This document shows, one piece after another, positions 7,615 to 14,524 of a DNA stretch of 14,524 nt. The notes beneath the pieces were generated by a model. It saw only the letters and a program-made list of their open reading frames with translations, made no database searches and was not told the DNA's origin. How positions within the stretch are numbered: the stretch's first letter is position 1; every line of letters starts with the position of its first letter. Source of the stretch: Candidatus Latescibacterota bacterium (GTDB taxonomy: Bacteria; Latescibacterota; UBA2968; UBA8231); NCBI GenBank assembly GCA_965205655.1, contig CBDBIJ010000002.1, positions 1 to 14,524 of the forward strand, read 5' to 3'. Made by a program: the position numbers and the translations under genes.

Positions 7615-8544
7615 ATGCGGATAGCGGTAGTGGGACCCGGCGGCCTGGGCGGCCGCTACGCAGTCCTTCTCGCGCAGGCCGGTGAAGATGTTTCGGTGAT
7701 TGCGCGCGGCGCCCACTTGGAGGCGATCCGGGAAAGGGGACTGACGCTGCGTCATTTCGACGAAGAAGTGGCCACGGTCAAGATGACAGCCACAAACGAT
7801 CCTGCCGAAGTGGGTCCTGTCGATCTCGTCCTGTTCTGCGTCAAGACATACGATCTGGAAACAGCGGCCCAGCAGGCTCGACCTCTCGTGCGCGACGAAA
7901 CCGTGCTCCTGCCCATCCAAAACGGAGTGACGATAGGTGAGCGACTGCGGCAAATCGTGGGCGAGAAGGCGGTGATCGCTGGAGCGACCTACTCCAGTGG
8001 CTCGCTCGTCGAGCCGGGCGTGGTGACCTTCGGCCACATGGAGGCTCCCTTGGTATTCGGAGAGCTCGACGGTGGAGAAAGCGAGCGCACCGAACGGATC
8101 CGGGCGGTGCTCGAAAAAGCCGGTTTGCAAGTAGAGCTGAAAGCGGACATGCCAGTGGTGCTCTGGGAAAAGTTTGTCGCCGTCTGCGGCACCGCCGGAG
8201 TCCTCGCCGTGCTTCGCCTTCCGCTCGGCACAGCCTTCGAGATTCCAGAATGCGGCGAACTGCTACTCGGCGTCATGGAGGAAGTCGAGGCGCTGTCCCA
8301 CGCCGGCCGAATCGGTCTTGAGAAGGGGATCGCCGAGCGTCAGTTCAACTACCTCAAACAGGTCTCGCCTTCCACGCGCAGCTCCCAGCTCACCGATATT
8401 CTGAATGGCCGGCGGCTGGAGCTCGAGTACCTCAATGGCGCCGCGGTGCACCTGGGTGAGGAACTAGGCGTTCCCACGCCCCTGAATCGTTTTTGCTATT
8501 CCGCGTTGAAGCCCTACGTGGACGGGCCGCCGCAGGTACCTTAG
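7615..8544 (+). CDS. panE: Ketopantoate (2-dehydropantoate 2-) reductase family protein
   Basis: MRIAVVGPGGLGG Rossmann motif, ARGAHLEAI, VKTYD, IQNG, LWEKF, SSQLTD...GRRLELEYLNG...GVPTPLN. GGAGG RBS. May be a paralogue with a different substrate. Confidence 0.88.
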   Translation: MRIAVVGPGGLGGRYAVLLAQAGEDVSVIARGAHLEAIRERGLTLRHFDEEVATVKMTATNDPAEVGPVDLVLFCVKTYDLETAAQQARPLVRDETVLLPIQNGVTIGERLRQIVGEKAVIAGATYSSGSLVEPGVVTFGHMEAPLVFGELDGGESERTERIRAVLEKAGLQVELKADMPVVLWEKFVAVCGTAGVLAVLRLPLGTAFEIPECGELLLGVMEEVEALSHAGRIGLEKGIAERQFNYLKQVSPSTRSSQLTDILNGRRLELEYLNGAAVHLGEELGVPTPLNRFCYSALKPYVDGPPQVP

Positions 8545-9626
8545 GAGCCCAGATCCAGGCTGTAGTCGGCCGGATCTAGATCCCAGTCCTCGGCCAACCC
8601 CCGCAGGCAGATCAGGACGTCCTCGGGCATGACCATGCCCTCGACGAGCGCCTTGTCGCGGCGCTCCCATTCCATCTCTCCCGGCAAATAGATTCGGTCG
8701 GCGCCGGCAGCCGTGGGGGCGCTCTTCAATTCCTCTGTCATGGAACCCATGCGGGCATGGAACTCGCCGATCGGCATCATCGCTCCCGCGTTGATGGCGA
8801 TAAACGCATGTCCCTGGTCGCTCGGCTCATCCACGTCGGCGACCCAGCTCTGGACGGCGCTCATCATGGCCGAGCCGCTGAGCACGGCCGTGAGAATCTC
8901 TACGAGCACGGCGAGACCGTATCCCTTGTGACCGGCCATCGGCAGCTGTGCCCCCCGCTCCGGATAGTTGCTGGGATCCGTGGTGGGCACGCCATCCTCG
9001 TCGACGAGCCAGGTGTCCGGAATGGACCTGCCCTCATTCCTGGCTGCGAAGATCTTCGTTGCGGCAACGGCGCTGGTGGCAATGTCGAGCATGACCGTGT
9101 GGTCTCCGCCGGTCGGGGCAGCGTAGGCGATCGGGTTCGTTCCCAGCATCTTCGCCTTTCCCCCCGGCACTGTCATGCATGGCTCCACATTGCACATGGA
9201 GACTCCGATCATGTCGTGCTCGGCGATCATATTGGCGTAGTATCCCGCGGCGCCGTAGTGGCTGCTCCCCCGAATCCCGACGTAGGCCATGCCGGTTTCT
9301 CCGGCCTTGGCGATGGCCAACTCCACCGCGCGATAGGAGATCGCCGGCGGCATACCGTCGTGGGCATCGATGATCGCCCACGAGGGACCCTGAGCCAGAA
9401 TCTCCTCGTGTGCCTCTACTTTGAGACGGCCCCTGCGGGCGTTCTTCAACAGGCCGCGCAGCTGGCGAGTGCCGTGTGTGAAGGTGCCCCAGGTGTCGGT
9501 CGTTACGAATACCTTCGCCGTCAATTGCGCATCCTCGTCGCTCAAGCCGGCCTTGCCCATGGCGGCGACGCAAAATGCCTCCAGGCTCTCGGCGCGAATA
9601 CTCTGTGCAGGTGAATCGGCTGTCAT
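8541..9626 (-). CDS. Ldh_2 (type 2 malate/L-lactate/L-sulfolactate dehydrogenase) family oxidoreductase
   Basis: D.WGTFTHG, SSHYGAAGYY, LGTNPIAYAAP, LDIATS, GHKGYGLA, IYLPGE. Start set at ATG 9626 after GAGGAGG; the ORF track starts at 9707. Confidence 0.92.
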   Translation of the reverse strand: MTADSPAQSIRAESLEAFCVAAMGKAGLSDEDAQLTAKVFVTTDTWGTFTHGTRQLRGLLKNARRGRLKVEAHEEILAQGPSWAIIDAHDGMPPAISYRAVELAIAKAGETGMAYVGIRGSSHYGAAGYYANMIAEHDMIGVSMCNVEPCMTVPGGKAKMLGTNPIAYAAPTGGDHTVMLDIATSAVAATKIFAARNEGRSIPDTWLVDEDGVPTTDPSNYPERGAQLPMAGHKGYGLAVLVEILTAVLSGSAMMSAVQSWVADVDEPSDQGHAFIAINAGAMMPIGEFHARMGSMTEELKSAPTAAGADRIYLPGEMEWERRDKALVEGMVMPEDVLICLRGLAEDWDLDPADYSLDLGS

Positions 9627-9796
9627 ACTGTTCACCCTCCTCAGGTGGGATCGAATGCTCGGGTAAGGATAAACCCCCTTTTTGACCGAGTCGTCAAGGT
9701 TCATCAACTATCGAAACGACGACGGCTTTCGAGGGGTCATCTGCTACGGGTGCGCTCTATCCAACCTACTTTCTTCTGGCGCGTGAGGGTCATTCA

Positions 9797-9830
9797 TAAT
9801 GAAAGAGGGCCGACAATTGCCGGCCCTCTT
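9797..9830 (-). terminator. Probable intrinsic terminator of the DUF1579-like gene
   Basis: Minus strand AAGAGGGCCGGC-AATT-GTCGGCCCTCTT followed by TCATT, about 30 nt after the stop at 9860. Confidence 0.7.
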
Positions 9831-9859
9831 GATGTTCAGGGTGTTCGAAAACTCAACAC

Positions 9860-10402
9860 TCACTCAACGCGGTTCAGGCGCCCCTTCGTGCTCATTTCGC
9901 GACCGTCAGGCATCACGTGTCTGGACCGGTATTCGAAAGTGTCATCATCAACGCGTTCCATCACGAGGCGCATCACACCACCGGGTCCCTCCCACCGAGT
10001 GTGCAGGCGCCCCTCTTCCGTACGGCCGTTGCAGCGGGAAATGCCTCGCCGATTGTCGAGCCAGACGCCAATCCAGTTGCCCTCCGGGCCCTGCGTAATG
10101 GCGCCCCTGCCCTTCCAGATGCTCTCACCGTCCGGTGTCTGAGCCCCCGCTCGCACGAACAGGAACTGCCCGTCCAGGCCCAGTTCGTAGCTGCGCCACT
10201 GCTCGACCTCGCCCATCGGGCCCTTGGAGTGACCCTTCCACTCGCCGACCAGGAAATGCACCCAGTCTGCGTCCAGCGGTGGTGGCATGGGGGGCATGTC
10301 CATCATTTCGCCCATTTCACCTTCAGGGGCGTCGCCATCCTGCGCGAAGGCGGGGACGGCGAGACTGAGCCCGAAGACGAAGAGCATCGTCCAACATCTC
10401 AT
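9860..10402 (-). CDS. Exported DUF1579-like beta-strand protein
   Basis: GAGGAGG RBS before ATG 10402, signal peptide ending AFA|Q, FLVGEWKG, LGLDGQFL, GVWLDN, acidic Met/Pro-rich linker. Confidence 0.65.
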   Translation of the reverse strand: MRCWTMLFVFGLSLAVPAFAQDGDAPEGEMGEMMDMPPMPPPLDADWVHFLVGEWKGHSKGPMGEVEQWRSYELGLDGQFLFVRAGAQTPDGESIWKGRGAITQGPEGNWIGVWLDNRRGISRCNGRTEEGRLHTRWEGPGGVMRLVMERVDDDTFEYRSRHVMPDGREMSTKGRLNRVE

Positions 10403-10480
10403 GGCGTTTACCTCCTCAAAGAGATTGTACGACCCGGCCGGGTCGGGACGTCGGGACAAGGTAACGACATGTCTTCAATT

Positions 10481-10510
10481 CTGACAGTGCGCACATTCAG
10501 TCGTTATATT
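10481..10510 (+). promoter_or_regulatory. Possible sigma70-like promoter for the small OMP gene
   Basis: CTGACA-18 nt-TATATT, 36 nt upstream of ATG 10547, in an AT-richer intergenic stretch. Confidence 0.3.
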
Positions 10511-10546
10511 CTCGCCCCGTGCCGCAATAGTGTTTAACGAGCGCTT

Positions 10547-11101
10547 ATGCAACTTCAAACAGCCCTTGTAGGCGCCCTGTGTGCGGGGGTCATCAACCTG
10601 ATGCCTCCTGCGGGTGCGGGCGCTGAACAAACGGGAAGACGAATCGACGCAAGAGGCACTGTGGGATTCCTCGCCTCGCCGGACGAAGGTGCCCCCTATC
10701 CAACCTACTTTCTGGCCGCTGTTTCGATGCGCCTTCAGGCCAAGCGCAACGCGAGCATCGAAACGGAATTCTCCTACTCAGCCAGGGATGACGGACCGGC
10801 GACTGGGGGCTTCGATGAGCATAACTTCGGCCTCCTGCCGCTCTTCGTCGTCGACCTCGGCTCCAGCGGCAAACGGATTCGTCCCTACTGGCTGGCGGGC
10901 TGGGGACTCTACTATCACCGGGATGACTTCCTGAAAGATCTTTCAGAATTCAGAAGCGGATTAAGTCTTGGCGCGGGCACGCGGATATATCTCGGCGGGA
11001 AGATGTTCCTGTCGCCCGAGATCCGCATCCGCACCACTGAAAATTCGTTGCGCGTTACGATCAGTCTGGGCACTACCCTGGCGGGAAGCCGATCGACGTG
11101 A
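10547..11101 (+). CDS. Small outer-membrane beta-barrel protein
   Basis: Signal peptide. SIETEFSY, IRPYWLAGWGLYY and LSLGAGTRIYLGGKMFLSPEIRI are typical of 8-stranded OMP barrels. Confidence 0.72.
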   Translation: MQLQTALVGALCAGVINLMPPAGAGAEQTGRRIDARGTVGFLASPDEGAPYPTYFLAAVSMRLQAKRNASIETEFSYSARDDGPATGGFDEHNFGLLPLFVVDLGSSGKRIRPYWLAGWGLYYHRDDFLKDLSEFRSGLSLGAGTRIYLGGKMFLSPEIRIRTTENSLRVTISLGTTLAGSRST

Positions 11102-11133
11102 CGTTTCTACCCCCACGAGTGCGCAAATGCCCC

Positions 11134-12192
11134 TCATCTGGCTCCCCCGAAAAACGGACTGTCGCGGTAGCAGAACAGGTCCCAGAAGCGGTGCGGATAC
11201 GGATGGTGCGGCTCACTCACCTGCCGCAGCTCGGACATCTCCTTCTCGGTCAACTCGAAGTCGCTGGCAGCCAGATTCTCGGCGAATCTCTCGACGCTGG
11301 AGGAGCTCACGAGGAGCACCTCGCAGGTACCGGATTGCATCAGCCACCGCAGCGCCACCTGGGCAGATGTCTTGCTTCTGTTATTTGCTATCAGCTTGAC
11401 CATGTCGAGTGTCTGCCAGTTGCGGTCGATGTTCAGCTCGTCCCACGAGCACATCTCCCCTTCCTTGAAGTGGCAAAACGACGAATCGGGTCCGGGCATA
11501 TCGCCCGGCTCGTAGCGAGCGGCGAGAAAGGTCGAGGCCAGAGCCCCCCACACGATGATGGCTACCTGCTGGTCCCGGCAGGCCGGAATAATGGAAAACT
11601 CCGGCGACCGGTCGCACAGGTTATACCAGATCTGGTTTGACACCAGCGGGCTCAAACCGTTGGCCCGGGCAAAGGCGTTCGCCTTTACCACCTGCCATCC
11701 CTCCCAGTTGCTGACCCCCACGTAGCGGATCTTCCCGGAGCGAACGAAGTCATCCAGGACCCGCATCGTTTCCTCGATCGGCGTGTACGGGTCGATACAG
11801 TTGCACTGGTAGAGGTCGATGTAGTCGGTGCCGAGCCTGGTCAGGCTCGCTTCGATATTCTTCGTCAGGTAGGCCCTGGACAGGCCGAATCCATTCGGCC
11901 CGAACTCATCCTCCATGGCCCAGCCTCCCTTCGTGGCCACGATGAAGCGGTCCCGCTTCCCCTTGATGATCTTGCCCACCGTGCGCTCCGACGTGCCGGC
12001 CAGCTCGGTATGGCTGCCTCGCATGCCGCCTCCGTAAATGTTGGCCGTGTCGATGAGGTTTCCGCCCGCATCTTCGAAGGTACCGAGCATGCGGGTTGCG
12101 TCCGGGACATTCAGGGAAGTCCCCATTTGGATCGCGCCGAGTCCGAAGCGAGAGACCTGTAGTCCTGAGTTGCCGAGAGTTGAGTACTCCAC
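11134..12192 (-). CDS. Aldo/keto reductase family protein
   Basis: LGNSGLQVSRFGLG, IDTANIYG, VATK, SLTRLGTDYIDLYQ, GKIRYVGVSN, Q..YNL, AQVALRWL. GTG start after GGAGG. Confidence 0.95.
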   Translation of the reverse strand: MEYSTLGNSGLQVSRFGLGAIQMGTSLNVPDATRMLGTFEDAGGNLIDTANIYGGGMRGSHTELAGTSERTVGKIIKGKRDRFIVATKGGWAMEDEFGPNGFGLSRAYLTKNIEASLTRLGTDYIDLYQCNCIDPYTPIEETMRVLDDFVRSGKIRYVGVSNWEGWQVVKANAFARANGLSPLVSNQIWYNLCDRSPEFSIIPACRDQQVAIIVWGALASTFLAARYEPGDMPGPDSSFCHFKEGEMCSWDELNIDRNWQTLDMVKLIANNRSKTSAQVALRWLMQSGTCEVLLVSSSSVERFAENLAASDFELTEKEMSELRQVSEPHHPYPHRFWDLFCYRDSPFFGGAR

Positions 12193-12219
12193 AATGTGTC
12201 GACCTCCGTTTTTAGTCGA

Positions 12220-13023
12220 TTAGACCGAAGGGAGCTGCTGAACTCCCAACGATGGCGCGACCTCCAGGACGATCTCCCGACTTTGCTGTATCGCCAGCAG
12301 CGGATTGGGCAGAGCCGGACTGAGCTCCAGACTCACGGCGCGGGCGTAGCCGATGTCTTCGAGGGCGGAGAAGGTCTGCCTCAGCGAATCTTCGGTCAAT
12401 ACACCGTGGAGCAGGGACAGATGAAGGTCCCCTTCGCCATCGTTGTCGTCGAGATGGACGTATCCCAGCAGCTCGGCGGCGTCTTCGATGGCCTCGGTGG
12501 GATCTTCGTCGCACATCTGCAGATGCCCGATATCCATGAGGAGGGAGAGATTCGGGTGCCCGAGGGTTCGGATGAGATTCAAGGTGCTGGCCACCGTCGG
12601 CAACGCGCGGCCGGGTGCGTGCTCGATGCAGAGTCTGATTCCCAGTTCGGAGGCGTACTCGGCGAGGCCGGAAACCGACCGACCGAACCGTTTGACTGCG
12701 CCAGCGCTGTCGTCGGTCTCGGGGACAACGTACGCCGTGCCGGCTCCGAGAGCGGCGGCGTATTGCAGCGCCCGCCGGGCGCAACCGGCGGCCTCGACGG
12801 CCACTTTCTGGCTCTGGTCGCCGAGGGTCAGGTCGTCGGTCAGCGCTGCGGAAATGGCGATGCATGAGACACTCAGCCCCGCATCTCGCAAACCGGCCAC
12901 AGCGCTCTCGTCAGCGAAGGCGTACGGGCGTAGATCGAGCCAATCGAATCCCGAAGCCCGGATGTGTTCGCGAACCTCGGCCTGTGGTCCCGAGAGGGCC
13001 CAGGCGCAGCAGGAGAAAATCAT
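12220..13023 (-). CDS. Sugar-phosphate isomerase/epimerase (xylose-isomerase-like TIM barrel)
   Basis: GFDWLDL, LCIEH, MDIGH, YVHLDDNDG...H, IGY...VSLE; the metal-ligand pattern is complete. ATGA overlap with the upstream gene. Confidence 0.88.
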   Translation of the reverse strand: MIFSCCAWALSGPQAEVREHIRASGFDWLDLRPYAFADESAVAGLRDAGLSVSCIAISAALTDDLTLGDQSQKVAVEAAGCARRALQYAAALGAGTAYVVPETDDSAGAVKRFGRSVSGLAEYASELGIRLCIEHAPGRALPTVASTLNLIRTLGHPNLSLLMDIGHLQMCDEDPTEAIEDAAELLGYVHLDDNDGEGDLHLSLLHGVLTEDSLRQTFSALEDIGYARAVSLELSPALPNPLLAIQQSREIVLEVAPSLGVQQLPSV

Positions 13024-13694
13024 GGGGTGCGCAGTCTTTCGATCGTGAGTTGCCGCCCGGAATCCACCTGTATGAGAATTTCGGCGTTCGCTTCGGAGGG
13101 GTTCACGTTGCTCTCGGTATCGGGCAGAATTCCCTCTGCCCAGTGTCTTTCCATGTCATCCGAACTCTTGCTCACTGGTTTCTCCGACTCTTGCTGCAAC
13201 CTCCAGCGCTTGCAGTCCTCCTCCCGTGCCTTCATGAAAAGCGGCAGATCGACGAACTCCAGAAACGATCCGAGTGCCGGATCGCTGCTGACGGCGTAGA
13301 GCCCCTCGAAGATGACGACATGGATACCGTCGAGGGAGAGCTGCCAGTCGTAGAGATCCTTGGTAGGTTTGCGGCGATATCGTTGCGTGCGGACGGATGT
13401 TTCACCGGACTTGATGGCGGTGAGAACCCGGCGCGCCTCATCCAGTCGCAGGTGGTGCGGGCCCCACTCCCCGAGATGGCGGCGCTCCTCGGGTGCCTTG
13501 AAGAAGTCGTCCGCACGGATGAGCAGTGCGTTGAATCGCGCCGTGTTCAGTCGATCTTGCAGGGCAGCGGCGAAGGTGGATTTTCCGACACCTGAACGCC
13601 CGCCGACGCCGATCACGTATGGGATGTTATCCGCATGCCGCGTGAGGGCATCCTCGACATGCTTCCACAGCTGTTCGGGAACCCCCTCCGTCAC
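13020..13694 (-). CDS. Uridine kinase / phosphoribulokinase-like P-loop kinase
   Basis: VIGVGGRSGVGKST (Walker A), ADDFF, VVIFEGLYA, and RLQQE in the lid region. GTGA overlap with the upstream gene. Confidence 0.8.
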   Translation of the reverse strand: MTEGVPEQLWKHVEDALTRHADNIPYVIGVGGRSGVGKSTFAAALQDRLNTARFNALLIRADDFFKAPEERRHLGEWGPHHLRLDEARRVLTAIKSGETSVRTQRYRRKPTKDLYDWQLSLDGIHVVIFEGLYAVSSDPALGSFLEFVDLPLFMKAREEDCKRWRLQQESEKPVSKSSDDMERHWAEGILPDTESNVNPSEANAEILIQVDSGRQLTIERLRTP

Positions 13695-13942
13695 TCAGAT
13701 CCACCGCGCCCACTCTCCTGCGGAGGCAGCTGAGCAGCGTCCTCAGTTGATCGAGGACCGTCCTCGGACTCGCTCGTCGAGTCGGGACTGCTGTGCCACA
13801 GTTCGTCGAGGCGATCAATGGCCTCTTCGGCGGAATTCGAGTTCGTGTATTGCTCGCCCAGGGACAGGTAGTAGGCGCGAGCGCTGTCGATGTTACCGAA
13901 CTGCTCATAGGATCGCGCGATGAAGAGGCGGCTGGTCACCAT
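13691..13942 (-). CDS. Small TPR-like protein with an acidic disordered tail
   Basis: AAGGAGG precedes ATG 13942. LFIARSYEQFGNIDSARAYYLSLGEQYTNS..AEEA fits a single TPR. The true start may be 14025 if a frameshift is present. Confidence 0.55.
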   Translation of the reverse strand: MVTSRLFIARSYEQFGNIDSARAYYLSLGEQYTNSNSAEEAIDRLDELWHSSPDSTSESEDGPRSTEDAAQLPPQESGRGGSE

Positions 13943-14035
13943 TGCACGCCTCCTTGGTTTCGGGACTGGAAACATGTGAGGGGGCTCTGCGCCGCCTTGA
14001 GATCATCAGTCAGTGAGACACGCATCGTTGCACTC

Positions 14036-14523
14036 CTACCGGTGAAACGCTTCGATCTGCTCGCCAATCTTCGAATCCTGGTGACCTCTGCCTGGATGTA
14101 TGATGATGCGATACCTGAAAACGGCGGTGGTCCCGCCGGTGATAGTCATGCTCTCGTCGATGCTGTCGTCAGCCTTGTAGTCGTGAACTCCGAACGGGTT
14201 CGCCGTGAACAGGCCGTATCCGCGCACATGCCAATAGGTGGGGTGTCGCGGATTGTCCTTGTGGTCTACGACGGTGTATCCCCATTGCTCTCCAGTCTCT
14301 ACCGGCCCTGAGTAGTCGACCCAGGCCGCCTGCTTGCCCCAGGTCTCGTCTTCCCCCTGTCCGCAATCGTAAACGAGGCCCTCGGAGGTTTCGATTCGCC
14401 CTTGTCCTTCGCATCCATCGACGTCGGCACCCGAATGGACATGAGTCCGCCTTCCTTGGTGTCGCCGAATGTGACGTCGCCGTGGTTCGCGCAAAGATCG
14501 CTCTCGTGATCGATGATTCGCAG
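14036..14523 (-). CDS. DUF6807 (misnamed 'PmoA family') protein, 5'-partial, with an apparent frameshift at 14399-14401
   Basis: The first frame gives LRIIDHE...VTFGDTKEGGLMSIRVPTSMDAKDK. The second gives RIETSEG...TWGKQAAWVDYSG...DHKDNPRHPTYWHVRGYGLFTANPFG...FRYRIIIH. Both halves carry family motifs. Confidence 0.85.
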   Translation of the reverse strand, partial: ANHRSRERSLREPRRRHIRRHQGRRTHVHSGADVDGCEGQGRIETSEGLVYDCGQGEDETWGKQAAWVDYSGPVETGEQWGYTVVDHKDNPRHPTYWHVRGYGLFTANPFGVHDYKADDSIDESMTITGGTTAVFRYRIIIHPGRGHQDSKIGEQIEAFHR

Positions 14524-14524
14524 A

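Noticed and set aside
9627..9707. 27-aa N-terminal extension of Ldh_2 in the ORF track (likewise 10403-10459 for the DUF1579-like gene)
   Set aside because: Strong GAGGAGG sites precede the downstream ATGs at 9626 and 10402, and the extensions show no family features.
9627..9800. Riboswitch or tRNA in the longest intergenic region
   Set aside because: I recognise no known aptamer consensus or cloverleaf. An Rfam covariance search would be needed to exclude one fully.
14036..14524. Methane monooxygenase pmoA
   Set aside because: The sequence is a soluble DUF6807-type protein with no transmembrane helices and no pmoB or pmoC nearby. The family name is a misnomer.

Overview
GC-rich bacterial window from a diderm organism (it has outer-membrane barrels and a lipoprotein). 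Left half (1-7475): one minus-strand operon of outer-membrane beta-barrel, small PstS/PBP-like protein, lipocalin-like lipoprotein, fatty-acid-hydroxylase/sterol-desaturase and GH3 acyl-amido synthetase. The desaturase and GH3 look like one fusion ORF broken by a 1-nt frameshift. Two insertion sequences hit this operon. An IS30 element (981-2227, with a 17-bp tandem duplication at its right end) splits the GH3 domain. An IS1182/IS5-like element (5962-7471, CTAG target duplication) sits in the leader of the first gene. Right half (7615-14524): a ketopantoate-reductase-family gene converging on an Ldh_2-family dehydrogenase, a DUF1579-like exported protein, a small OMP barrel, and a minus-strand operon (DUF6807 partial, small TPR-like protein, uridine-kinase-like P-loop protein, sugar isomerase/epimerase, aldo/keto reductase with an altered catalytic tetrad). 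Two clear frameshifts, and possibly a third, are each repaired by adding one base to a short G/C run, which points to long-read sequencing error. No rRNA, tRNA or CRISPR array was seen. The best candidate for an undescribed system is the barrel/PBP/lipocalin/desaturase::GH3 operon. All family calls come from recognising motifs by eye; no database search was run.
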